Source of the DNA: an uncultured Flavobacteriales bacterium
GTDB taxonomy: Bacteria > Bacteroidota > Bacteroidia > Flavobacteriales_D > Parvicellaceae
NCBI GenBank assembly: GCA_963922585.1
Contig: CAWUIK010000002.1
Span: 1,342 to 65,341 of the forward strand
Reading direction: 5' to 3'
DNA: 64,000 nt
Shown here: positions 38,817 to 47,792 of the stretch, piece by piece
Layout: the number at the start of each line of letters is the position of its first letter
Numbering within the stretch: position 1 is the first letter of the stretch
Made by a program: the position numbers and the translations under genes
Notes under the pieces: generated by a model
What the model saw: only the letters and a program-made list of their open reading frames with translations
Database searches by the model: none
What the model was told of the DNA's origin: nothing

Positions 38817-40724
38817 ATGCGATTTATTTTTGCCTTTATATGTTACCTACTTTGGCTTAGCCTAATTTCCCAGGATTTTATGGGGATTCCTAATTCTGGG
38901 AAATATGATAATACGATTCAAGTAAAACCTAGCGATAAAGCCACAGTTTCGTATCAAAATTTTGCGGTTTCAAATTCTTTTTATAAAATTAAAGAGCCCA
39001 TTACAATTAATCAAACAAGTTCTTTACTCTTTAAAATTTCTATTTCTGGGCATAAGGACACGATTATTCATAGAAGTTATCACTTTGATTATAATTATAA
39101 ATTTCCCATTTTGAGTATCGTAATAGATCCAGAGGATTTGTGGAATGATACTACAGGTATTTATGTAAAGGGAAAGTATGCTTATTGGAGCGATAGTACT
39201 GGTCATTGGGAAAATTGTAATTATCAAAAAAAGTGGGAGAAAACTGTATATGCAACTTTTATTGATACCAATAACGTAGTAGGATTTTCACAAAAAAGTG
39301 GACTCAAAATATTTGGTGAAAGCACACGAAGGCAACCTGATAAATCTATGAAAATTATAGCAAGATCCGAGTTTGGAGAAGGCAAGTTCAACTATAAATT
39401 ATTTCCACAAAAAAACTTGAGTTCATTCAAACAACTGGCGATTAGAACTTCGGGAAATGATTATTCAAATACGCGTTTCAAAGATGTTTTGAGCGCACAT
39501 TTAGCAAGAAATTTGGGGGTTGATTATATGGCTTGGTTACCAGTGCAATTGTATGTAAATGGGGAACATTGGGGCGTTTATAACCTAAGAGAGAAAATTA
39601 ACGAACATTTCATTGCAGAAAACCATAATGCGATTGAAGACAGTGTTAATATTATTATGGGAAGATGGGTAAGACAAGAGGGTAGTAGTAAAGATTTTAT
39701 GAAAATGTACTATTGGTTTGCAAGTCTGGATACAATGACAAATAGTAATTATGAAAAAGCAAAACAATTTTTGAATATTAGAAATTACATCAATTATAGA
39801 GTTTTCCAAATTTTCATTAATAATAAAGATTCTCGTGGAAATATAAGATATTATAATGTTAGTGGGGAAGCGGACAAGCGATTCAAAATGATTCTGTATG
39901 ATACAGATTTAGGCTATGGAAATTACAATTTTAATTATCTCGAAAAATGTATTTCTCCAATAGAAACAAATTGGTATAATCCTATTTGGAGCACGATGTA
40001 TCTTTCAAAACTTATGCAACATCAAGAGTTTAAGGAAGAATTTGCAACTCAGTTTGCGCATATTATGAATACCGCTTTGCATAAAGATACCATTTTGGAT
40101 GCCATACAACTTTACGAAGATTTATACAGAGATGAATTGCCAAGATCTAGCGAAGGAAGACCCAAACATTTCAAAAAGCATTATTTTCCTCTTGTTTACT
40201 GGGAAGAAAAAGTGAATGAATTAAAATCGTATGCCAAATTAAGGCACAAACCCATGTGGCAACATCTTGGACAAACACTAGGATTAAAAGGAACATTTAT
40301 ATTGAAAGTTGTGGGTGATTCGGGAGCGATAAAAATCAATGAAAACTATCCAATCAGATTACCTTATGAAGGTGCTTATTTTAGTGATATTTCACTAAGC
40401 TTGGAAGCAATTCCAACAGAAGGGCACGAATTTTCACATTGGGAAAACCAAGACACTAATGCAATTTTGACAGTAAAAGGCAATAAAGATACTCTTGTAG
40501 TAAAGCCTATTTTTAAGTTGAAGCCTATTATTTTAGAAAATCAATCCGTTCATTCTGAAAACGACAAACAAAGTACAGAGAATATGGTTGTCGAAGTTTC
40601 TGATAACTTTTTCGCTAGCGAAACATTCTTATACTATTTGGCTTATGGTTTATTGAGTATTGGATTTTTACTATTAATCCTCTTTATTGTTATGACAATT
40701 TGGGATAAAAAAACAAAATCCTAA
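38817..40724 (+). CDS. CotH kinase-family protein with C-terminal membrane anchor
   Basis: GLKIFGESTRR..KSMKI, LAIRTSGND, VQLYVNGEHWGVYNLREKIN, and YDTDLGYG motifs fit the CotH family. There is a C-terminal TM helix. Start moved to ATG 38817. Confidence 0.65.
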   Translation: MRFIFAFICYLLWLSLISQDFMGIPNSGKYDNTIQVKPSDKATVSYQNFAVSNSFYKIKEPITINQTSSLLFKISISGHKDTIIHRSYHFDYNYKFPILSIVIDPEDLWNDTTGIYVKGKYAYWSDSTGHWENCNYQKKWEKTVYATFIDTNNVVGFSQKSGLKIFGESTRRQPDKSMKIIARSEFGEGKFNYKLFPQKNLSSFKQLAIRTSGNDYSNTRFKDVLSAHLARNLGVDYMAWLPVQLYVNGEHWGVYNLREKINEHFIAENHNAIEDSVNIIMGRWVRQEGSSKDFMKMYYWFASLDTMTNSNYEKAKQFLNIRNYINYRVFQIFINNKDSRGNIRYYNVSGEADKRFKMILYDTDLGYGNYNFNYLEKCISPIETNWYNPIWSTMYLSKLMQHQEFKEEFATQFAHIMNTALHKDTILDAIQLYEDLYRDELPRSSEGRPKHFKKHYFPLVYWEEKVNELKSYAKLRHKPMWQHLGQTLGLKGTFILKVVGDSGAIKINENYPIRLPYEGAYFSDISLSLEAIPTEGHEFSHWENQDTNAILTVKGNKDTLVVKPIFKLKPIILENQSVHSENDKQSTENMVVEVSDNFFASETFLYYLAYGLLSIGFLLLILFIVMTIWDKKTKS

Positions 40725-41788
40725 TAATTCTTCAAAGCATCCAAGGTCAGTTCGTGCTCGGGATTAATGTCAAGAACTTTTTTGTAATATTCTAAGGCAA
40801 GTTTTTTTTCTCCTTTGAATTCGTTAAGCAAGCCTAGATTGTATAACGCATCTTCATATTGGTTGTTGATTTCAACGGCTTTTTCGAAGTAAACTATTGC
40901 TTGAGCAGTAGTGGTATCTTTAGTGTACTGAGGCATGTCGTCTCTAAACGCTGCAATATATACATTTCCCATATTATAATAGCACTCCTCACAAAGTGCA
41001 TCGAAAGTTAAAATACTTTGAAAACTATTTAACGCACCTTCATAATCTTGAACATTTAATAAATATAGCCCTTTGTTTCTCAAAACTTCAAAACTCATGG
41101 GCTCAACATCTAAAGCAGCATCATAAAAAGTTTTTGCTTTGGGATCCAGATCTTTTGCATAAAGATTAGCCAAATGATGCAAAGCATCATAATGTTGAGC
41201 ATCGATTTCGATAGCAGTTTGGTAAGAAGATTTTGCTTTATCTTTTTCGTTGAGTAATTCAAACACCATTCCTTTCCAAAAATAGGCTGGTGCATAATAT
41301 TTATCCGCTCTTAATGCAGCATCTAAATTGGCCATGGCTTTTTCAAGGTTTGGTTTTCCCAAATTCACTCTTGCCTCTAATATTTGCGCCTCCAAATGAG
41401 TAGAGTCCATTGTTATGGTTTCTAATAAGTAAATCTCTGCTTGTTCGTAGAGCATAGGATTTTGCGTTGCTCCCGCTTGATTAAACAAAATTTCTGCTTT
41501 TAGATAAGTAAGAGCAGGCACATCAGGAGTTAATTTTAATGCTCTATTGATATCTGTAATGGCATTGTCGAAATCATAATTTTCAAGATAGTAATGCGCT
41601 CTTTTGTAATACCCATTAGGACTTTCGGGACTCATAATGATTTCATTATTTATCTCTTCTAAAGTACTTTTAGTCTTAATAATTTCTTTTTCTAATTTGT
41701 CTGATTCTGAAACTTCTTCTTGAGGAGTTTCTTTGCAACTTGATAGAAAAATCAAAATAGAAAATAGATACAAAAGTGTACGTTTCAT
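40721..41788 (-). CDS. tetratricopeptide-repeat lipoprotein
   Basis: Signal FLSSC|K, then multiple TPR-like A..Y...A....P....A..NLG units. Confidence 0.7.
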   Translation of the reverse strand: MKRTLLYLFSILIFLSSCKETPQEEVSESDKLEKEIIKTKSTLEEINNEIIMSPESPNGYYKRAHYYLENYDFDNAITDINRALKLTPDVPALTYLKAEILFNQAGATQNPMLYEQAEIYLLETITMDSTHLEAQILEARVNLGKPNLEKAMANLDAALRADKYYAPAYFWKGMVFELLNEKDKAKSSYQTAIEIDAQHYDALHHLANLYAKDLDPKAKTFYDAALDVEPMSFEVLRNKGLYLLNVQDYEGALNSFQSILTFDALCEECYYNMGNVYIAAFRDDMPQYTKDTTTAQAIVYFEKAVEINNQYEDALYNLGLLNEFKGEKKLALEYYKKVLDINPEHELTLDALKNY

Positions 41789-41917
41789 GCTATATTATTT
41801 ATAAAAAGTTTGAGTAAAAATAAAATGCCTTGAGCAACTTTTGTTATAAAACACTAGTTTCCCAAGGCAAATTTAATATTTATACAATAGAAATAACTAT
41901 ATTATTTAGTCAAAGGC

Positions 41918-42910
41918 TTAACTGATTGCTTCAATGACTGCTTTTTCTAGTTCTTCGGTCAATTCAGGATTGTCTTTCAAAAGTTCTTTTACAGCGTCTC
42001 TTCCTTGTCCTAATTTAGTATCACCATAACTGTACCAAGAACCACTTTTCTTGATGATTTCGTGATCCACTCCTAAATCTAAGATTTCACCAATTTTTGA
42101 AATTCCTTCACCGTACATAATATCAAATTCTGCTTGTTGGAAAGGCGGAGCTACTTTGTTTTTAACCACTTTTACTCTAGTTCTGTTTCCAATCACATTT
42201 TCTCCGTTTTTGATAGCAGAAGATCTTCTAATGTCAATCCTTACAGAAGCGTAAAATTTGAGTGCATTACCTCCAGTTGTAGTTTCTGGGTTTCCAAACA
42301 TTACACCGATTTTGTCTCTCAATTGGTTGATGAATATACAACAAGTATTCGCTTTATTTATCGATCCCGTCAATTTTCTTAGAGCTTTAGACATCAATCT
42401 TGCTTGTAACCCCATTTGGCTGTCTCCCATTTCTCCTTCAATTTCGGCTTTGGGTGTAAGAGCCGCCACAGAATCAATTACAATAATATCCACAGCACCT
42501 GATCGTATTAAATTATCAGCAATTTCCAAAGCTTGTTCACCATTGTCTGGTTGCGAGATTAATAAGTTAGAAACATCAACACCAAGATTTTTAGCATAAA
42601 ACTGATCAAAGGCGTGTTCCGCATCAATAATTGCAGCAATTCCACCGTTTTTTTGGCACTCAGCAATAGCATGAATCGCTAATGTAGTTTTCCCTGAAGA
42701 TTCTGGTCCATATATTTCAATGACTCTTCCTTTTGGAAGTCCACCTACACCTAAAGCTTTATCTAGCGCTATAGATCCGGTAGATATTACGTCCATTTTT
42801 TCGATAGCTTGGTCACCTAATCTCATTACGGATCCTTTTCCATAAGATTTGTCCATTCTATCTAAAGTTGCTTGTAGTGCTTTTAATTTTTCTTGATTCA
42901 CTTCTGCCAT
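41918..42910 (-). CDS. recA: recombinase RecA
   Basis: [11 protein letters not shown] Walker A and [10 protein letters not shown]. 330 aa, collinear with RecA along its full length. Confidence 0.95.
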   Translation of the reverse strand: MAEVNQEKLKALQATLDRMDKSYGKGSVMRLGDQAIEKMDVISTGSIALDKALGVGGLPKGRVIEIYGPESSGKTTLAIHAIAECQKNGGIAAIIDAEHAFDQFYAKNLGVDVSNLLISQPDNGEQALEIADNLIRSGAVDIIVIDSVAALTPKAEIEGEMGDSQMGLQARLMSKALRKLTGSINKANTCCIFINQLRDKIGVMFGNPETTTGGNALKFYASVRIDIRRSSAIKNGENVIGNRTRVKVVKNKVAPPFQQAEFDIMYGEGISKIGEILDLGVDHEIIKKSGSWYSYGDTKLGQGRDAVKELLKDNPELTEELEKAVIEAIS

Positions 42911-42936
42911 TGTTGTAGTTTTTTAATTTGTTGCTG

Positions 42937-42944
42937 CAAAGATA
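42937..42944 (-). promoter_or_regulatory. -7 promoter box (TAnnTTTG) for recA
   Basis: Minus-strand TATCTTTG 27 nt upstream of the recA ATG at 42910. Confidence 0.45.
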
Positions 42945-43004
42945 AATGTATTAGAACGTATTATTTTTACGTTTTGAAAAAACTTTTGAACGGAATTGAA
43001 ATAT

Positions 43005-43469
43005 TTATAATTTAATCTCTTCCAAAATCTGAGCAGTATGATTTTTGGTATTTACTTTTTCAAAAATTGCCAATAATTTTCCTAGCTCATCAATTACAAA
43101 TGTTTTGCGATGAATTCCTACATATTCTTTACCCATAAATTTTTTAGGCCCCCAACATCCATAATCTTCCAATATCTTATGCTCAGTATCAGCCATTAAA
43201 TCGAAAGGAAGGTTGTATTTTTCAATAAATTTGATGTGCGATTTTTCTGAATCTGCACTAACTCCTAATATTTCAAAACCTTTAGATTTTAAGTCGTCAT
43301 AATTTTCTCCCAAATTACAGCTCTCTGCAGTACAACCAGGAGTATTGTCTTTTGGATAAAAAAACAAAATCAGTTTTTTACCTGAATAATCTTCGAGTTT
43401 TACGGTTTTTCCATTTTGAATTACTCCTTCAAATTTTGGAGCGTTTTCTCCTACTTTTAATGTTTTCAT
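43005..43469 (-). CDS. bcp: thioredoxin-dependent peroxiredoxin Bcp
   Basis: 154 aa with FYPKDNTPGCT (peroxidatic Cys motif). Confidence 0.85.
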   Translation of the reverse strand: MKTLKVGENAPKFEGVIQNGKTVKLEDYSGKKLILFFYPKDNTPGCTAESCNLGENYDDLKSKGFEILGVSADSEKSHIKFIEKYNLPFDLMADTEHKILEDYGCWGPKKFMGKEYVGIHRKTFVIDELGKLLAIFEKVNTKNHTAQILEEIKL

Positions 43470-43638
43470 TGTAATAGTTTATTTTGTAATTAATAGACCA
43501 CAATATAACAAAATATATCTAGCGAATGTTTTAAAAAGCGACAACAATTTCAAATTACGATTAAAAATCAAACTATTGATACTTGGTTTCGAATAGAAAA
43601 AATGTCTATGTTTGTGAAACTCTAAATCAATGCTTTAA

Positions 43639-44685
43639 ATGAATATTCAAAAAATTGCTAGTATTTTTTTTGTTATACTTTGTATTATTACCATTTTAAT
43701 ACTTGCTAAAAGCATTATAATACCTCTTATCATTGCTGTTTTTATATGGTTTGTAATTAAGGAGTCAAGGGAGTTTTTAGATAAATCTTTATGGATCAAA
43801 AATAATATTCCTAAGTGGATAAAAACTATTGCAGTTGCAGTGTTTATCATTTTTGTTTTAGGAATATTTATTAAGTTATTAGTTTCAAATATTTCTTCAC
43901 TAAGCAGCTATTTAAGTCAATATGAAGAAAATCTATTTGTTTTAATAGACTCACTAGAGCAAAACTTTAACATGGATATCAAATCTATTATTGTGGATTA
44001 CACTGGCAACTTTGATTTTCAATCTATAGCACAAGGATTTCTTTCATCTATTAGTGAATTGTTTTCCAACACCTTTTTAATCATTTTGTATTTGATTTTT
44101 ATTTTAATGGAAGAATCCACTTTCATTGGAAAGTTAAAAGGTATATATAAACATCAAAAGGAGTATGAAGAAACGATACAATTAATTGAAAAAATTGATA
44201 AATCCATAGGTAAATACATTACTGTAAAGACGTTTTTGAGTTCATTAACAGCACTTTTAAGTTATTTTACACTATTGCTTATTGGTATTGAATTTGCCCT
44301 GTTCTGGGCTTTTATTATTTTTATTCTCAATTACATACCTTCAATCGGATCACTCATCGCCACACTTTTTCCTGCTTTAATGGCTTTATTACAGTTTGGA
44401 ACAGAAAACTATACACCATTTATTATGGTTTTAATATTTGTTGGATTAATTCAAGTTTTGGTCGGAAACTTTTTGGAGCCCAAAATGATGGGAAATTCAC
44501 TTAATATCAGTTCACTTGTTGTTATTTTGTCTTTGAGTGTTTGGGGGGCAATTTGGGGAATTGTGGGTATGGTAATTTCAGTACCTATTACTGTGATGAT
44601 GATTTTAGTTTTTTCACAATTTGAAAAGACCAAAAACGTTGCCATTTTGCTTTCCGAAAAAGGGTTGATTAATAAAGAAAAATAG
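43639..44685 (+). CDS. AI-2E family transporter (PerM-like permease)
   Basis: 348 aa polytopic membrane protein with the pattern ..NYIPSIGS... / ..ISVPIT.. typical of the family. Confidence 0.7.
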   Translation: MNIQKIASIFFVILCIITILILAKSIIIPLIIAVFIWFVIKESREFLDKSLWIKNNIPKWIKTIAVAVFIIFVLGIFIKLLVSNISSLSSYLSQYEENLFVLIDSLEQNFNMDIKSIIVDYTGNFDFQSIAQGFLSSISELFSNTFLIILYLIFILMEESTFIGKLKGIYKHQKEYEETIQLIEKIDKSIGKYITVKTFLSSLTALLSYFTLLLIGIEFALFWAFIIFILNYIPSIGSLIATLFPALMALLQFGTENYTPFIMVLIFVGLIQVLVGNFLEPKMMGNSLNISSLVVILSLSVWGAIWGIVGMVISVPITVMMILVFSQFEKTKNVAILLSEKGLINKEK

Positions 44686-44714
44686 TCATTTAACTTAACA
44701 TATGTATTGAAAAC

Positions 44715-44745
44715 AAAAAAGCAACCCTTTATGATTGCTTTTTTT
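44715..44745. terminator. bidirectional rho-independent terminator
   Basis: AAGCAA (44719-44724) pairs with TTGCTT (44735-44740), with an A-run before and a T-run after. Confidence 0.65.
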
Positions 44746-44846
44746 AGTTGCGGGGGCCAGATGATGACGCTGCTTCACAGGTCATCATGAAGACCCTATG
44801 CGTTTTCTCTCGAAATGACGTCTGCCTCAGGCAGATATGAGCCCAA
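44744..44846 (-). pseudogene. truncated and rearranged copy of tRNA-fMet (anticodon-arm fragment + 74-nt unrelated insert + 3' acceptor/T-stem end)
   Basis: 18-nt identity between 44744-44761 and 44904-44921 (TTAGTTGCGGGGGCCAGA). 11-nt identity between 44836-44846 and 44944-44954 (TATGAGCCCAA). The 5' acceptor strand and D arm are absent. Confidence 0.6.
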
Positions 44847-44872
44847 AAAAACAATGAATAATTATCAAACAA

Positions 44873-44903
44873 AAAAGGCAACTCATTACTGAATTGCCTT
44901 CTC
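44873..44903 (-). terminator. rho-independent terminator downstream of tRNA-fMet
   Basis: AAGGCAA (44875-44881) pairs with TTGCCTT (44894-44900). On the minus strand it is followed by TTTTTTG. Confidence 0.75.
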
Positions 44904-44907
44904 TTAG

Positions 44908-44980
<73 letters not shown>

Positions 44981-45065
44981 ATATGCGGTTAAAAATTTTA
45001 TCGTTTTAAATAGGTTTTTAAAACCTATCCCTAAATAATTTACTCCTTTGAGCGATTTGGGAGTG

Positions 45066-45073
45066 CAAATATA
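45066..45073 (-). promoter_or_regulatory. -7 promoter box (TAnnTTTG), candidate tRNA-fMet promoter
   Basis: Minus-strand TATATTTG inside the same 11-mer GTGCAAATATA seen upstream of tRNA-Phe. It lies about 86 nt upstream of the tRNA 5' end. Confidence 0.35.
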
Positions 45074-45102
45074 CTTTAAATTTTGTACATTCGCTACATA
45101 TT

Positions 45103-45540
45103 ATGAAGAAAACCATTTATATATTTTTATTCACTTCTGTAATTTCCTTATTACAAACAAGTTGTGACTCAGAAAAAAAACAAGAAGAAACACAAATCAC
45201 GACCGAAATTCCTAAAGAATGTATGTGTAATGATGTTTATTTAGACGCTGAGTACAATCATTTTTACACTACAGACAGAACGATCCCCTATACTGGGAAT
45301 TGTAAAACTTATAATTCTGATGGAATTTTAATACTTGAAAAAAACTTTAAAGATGGTAAACTAGAAGGTTCTTATTTTGAATATTATAATAATGGTATTC
45401 TCAAAAGTGAATGGAATTTTCGTCAAAACAGACAACATGGAGATGTAAAAGGCTTTTTTGAAGATGGAGATTTAAAATATCACTCTGTTTATTACAAAGG
45501 TGATTTGGATTCAATAGTATTTCCAAAAAACACTCAATAA
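45103..45540 (+). CDS. lipoprotein with MORN-variant (YwqK-like) repeats
   Basis: Signal LLQTSC|D. GKLEGSYFEYYNNGILKSEWNFRQNRQHGDVKGFFEDGDLKY is a MORN-variant repeat pattern. Confidence 0.55.
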   Translation: MKKTIYIFLFTSVISLLQTSCDSEKKQEETQITTEIPKECMCNDVYLDAEYNHFYTTDRTIPYTGNCKTYNSDGILILEKNFKDGKLEGSYFEYYNNGILKSEWNFRQNRQHGDVKGFFEDGDLKYHSVYYKGDLDSIVFPKNTQ

Positions 45541-45609
45541 GTAAATGTTAAAAGTCAAGACATGTTTATTTTAAAAGCATAATTTCTTTTAACTTCAAAC
45601 ATCAAAGAA

Positions 45610-47499
45610 TTAGGTCGTTTCCAACTGTTCTGTCAAATTTTCCCATTCTTCCATTGCCTTTTCGAGTTGTTCATGTTCTAATTTCAAATCATCAAAAATA
45701 GTTTCTGAAGCATAATCTCCCGAAGCAATTTGTGTCTCGAATGCACTAATCTTCTCTTCAATTTTAGTGATTTTTTGTTCTACTTTTTTGATGTCTCCTT
45801 CTATTTTTTTGATTTCATTACTGCTTTTGGTAGGTGCTTTTGGCTTTTGCTCTTTTGTTTTCTCTATTTTGGTTGCATGATTATTAACTTCACTAGAAGG
45901 CAGGTTTTTCAAAAACTCATTTACTTGCTCAAAATAAATACTAATTGCCTTGTTTTTGATGTAATAAATTCTATCCGATAGACCATCTAAGAATGTTCTG
46001 TCGTGAGAAACCACCAAAACTGTACCTGAATATTCTTTTAATGCTTCTTGTAAAACTTCTTTCGAAACGATGTCTAAGTGATTGGTAGGCTCATCGAGTA
46101 TTAGGAAATTGTATGGTTCTAACAATAATTTACATAATGCTAATCTGGTTTTTTCTCCTCCTGATAAAACACTAACTTTTTTATCAATATCATCGCCACT
46201 AAATAAAAAAGAGCCTAGAATACCTCTAATATTTTTTCTGACTTCTCCAACCGCAACTTCATCAATGGTATCAAATACAGTTTTCTTTAAATCTAACTTA
46301 GCAGTTTCGTCCTGGGCAAAATACCCAATTCTTACATTATGACCCAATTTTATGTTGCCTGCGTATGGAGTATCTCCCACCAACATTTTGATAAAGGTAG
46401 ATTTTCCCATTCCATTTTTCCCAATTAGAGCAATTTTTTCCCCTTTACCAATATTGAATCGAACTTTATCAAAAATAACTTTATCACCAAAACTTTTGCC
46501 TACATCTTCTATTTCTGCGACTAACTTACCACTTGGAAAAGGCTCTGGAAACCTAAAAGCTACAGCACTCGAATCTACATCGTCCAACTCGATTTTATCC
46601 ATTTTGTCGAGTTTCTTCATCAACGATTGAGCGAAGGATGCTTTGCTTGCTTTGGCTCTAAATTTATTAATTAATTTTTCAGTATGCTCAATTTCTTTTT
46701 GTTGATTTTTGAAGGCTTGCAATTGCATGATCATTTCCTCTTCTCTTCTCACTTGATAAGTAGAGTAGTTACAATTATAATCGTAGAATTTTTTATTATT
46801 AATTTCAATAGTTCTATTTGTAATTCCATCCAAGAACGAACGGTCATGCGAAATCAAAATTATCGCTCCTGAATATTTCTTCAAATACATTTCTAACCAC
46901 TGAATCGATTCAATATCGAGGTGGTTGGTGGGCTCATCTAGCAATAAAACATCAGGGTTCTGAACCAGTAATTTTGCCAACTCAACACGCATTTGCCAAC
47001 CTCCAGAAAATTCTGTCATCGGTCTTTCCAAATCATTTAGAGAAAACCCTAGTCCTTTCAAAACTAATTCTGCTTGCTCTTGTACATCATTTCCGCCTTG
47101 CATTTGGAAAGCATCATTGAGTTCCGTTAGTTCGTTGAGTAAGTTCAAATAACTTTCGCTTTCATAATCTTCTCTAGTTGCCAACTGAACATTGATTTCT
47201 TCTAAACGATCGGCAATAGCTTTCAACTCATCATTAGAGTTACAAACTTCATCAATAATTTTTGCATTGCTTCTAGATATGATTTCCTGTGGTAAATAAC
47301 AAATCCTTGTGCCTTTAGCCACAGAAATGCTCCCTTCATCTGGAGTGTATTCTCCTAAAATTAATTTTAAAAAAGTAGATTTTCCCGCACCATTTTTCCC
47401 AGTAAGACCAATTTTGTCTTGTTTGGTTATGGATAGGTTGACTTTTGAATATAATTCTTGTCCACCAAAAAATAAGGAAAGTTGCGTTGCTGAAATCAT
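45610..47499 (-). CDS. ABC-F family ATPase (two ABC cassettes, no TM domain, C-terminal coiled coil)
   Basis: Two Walker A motifs (GKNGAGKST, GKNGMGKST) and two LSGG signatures (FSGGWQMR, LSGGEKTR). 629 aa. Confidence 0.9.
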   Translation of the reverse strand: MISATQLSLFFGGQELYSKVNLSITKQDKIGLTGKNGAGKSTFLKLILGEYTPDEGSISVAKGTRICYLPQEIISRSNAKIIDEVCNSNDELKAIADRLEEINVQLATREDYESESYLNLLNELTELNDAFQMQGGNDVQEQAELVLKGLGFSLNDLERPMTEFSGGWQMRVELAKLLVQNPDVLLLDEPTNHLDIESIQWLEMYLKKYSGAIILISHDRSFLDGITNRTIEINNKKFYDYNCNYSTYQVRREEEMIMQLQAFKNQQKEIEHTEKLINKFRAKASKASFAQSLMKKLDKMDKIELDDVDSSAVAFRFPEPFPSGKLVAEIEDVGKSFGDKVIFDKVRFNIGKGEKIALIGKNGMGKSTFIKMLVGDTPYAGNIKLGHNVRIGYFAQDETAKLDLKKTVFDTIDEVAVGEVRKNIRGILGSFLFSGDDIDKKVSVLSGGEKTRLALCKLLLEPYNFLILDEPTNHLDIVSKEVLQEALKEYSGTVLVVSHDRTFLDGLSDRIYYIKNKAISIYFEQVNEFLKNLPSSEVNNHATKIEKTKEQKPKAPTKSSNEIKKIEGDIKKVEQKITKIEEKISAFETQIASGDYASETIFDDLKLEHEQLEKAMEEWENLTEQLETT

Positions 47500-47640
47500 A
47501 CGAATTTTTAATTTGAAGGCGCAAAAATACGTTATTTAAAGCGCTATCCCAAATTAGTTTTATTATTATTTTTAATAAAGGAAACTTCTTAAAATTTAAA
47601 ATAGATTTGTCTTTGTCGAACTAAGTTTTTCTATTCTTTT

Positions 47641-47758
47641 TAGATTTCTCCATTACAGGATTCCTTATCAGTCATCCTTTCAGTCGAAATGACATAACTT
47701 TTTGTAATTTCGACTGAAATACATTAGCGATAGTTTATGTATGTAATGGAGAAATCTA
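47641..47758. repeat. 118-bp nested palindromic (REP/MITE-like) element
   Basis: The outer 17-bp perfect inverted repeat is TAGATTTCTCCATTACA (47641-47657) / TGTAATGGAGAAATCTA (47742-47758). The inner 13-bp inverted repeat is TTTCAGTCGAAAT (47678-47690) / ATTTCGACTGAAA (47707-47719). Confidence 0.85.
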
Positions 47759-47792
47759 TACCCATCAACATGAATAGAAATAATATCAATCA

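Noticed and set aside
41826-41869. Hairpin TGCCTTG...CAAGGCA downstream of recA as a terminator
   Set aside because: The loop is 30 nt and there is no clear U-run on the recA strand, so this is not a convincing intrinsic terminator.
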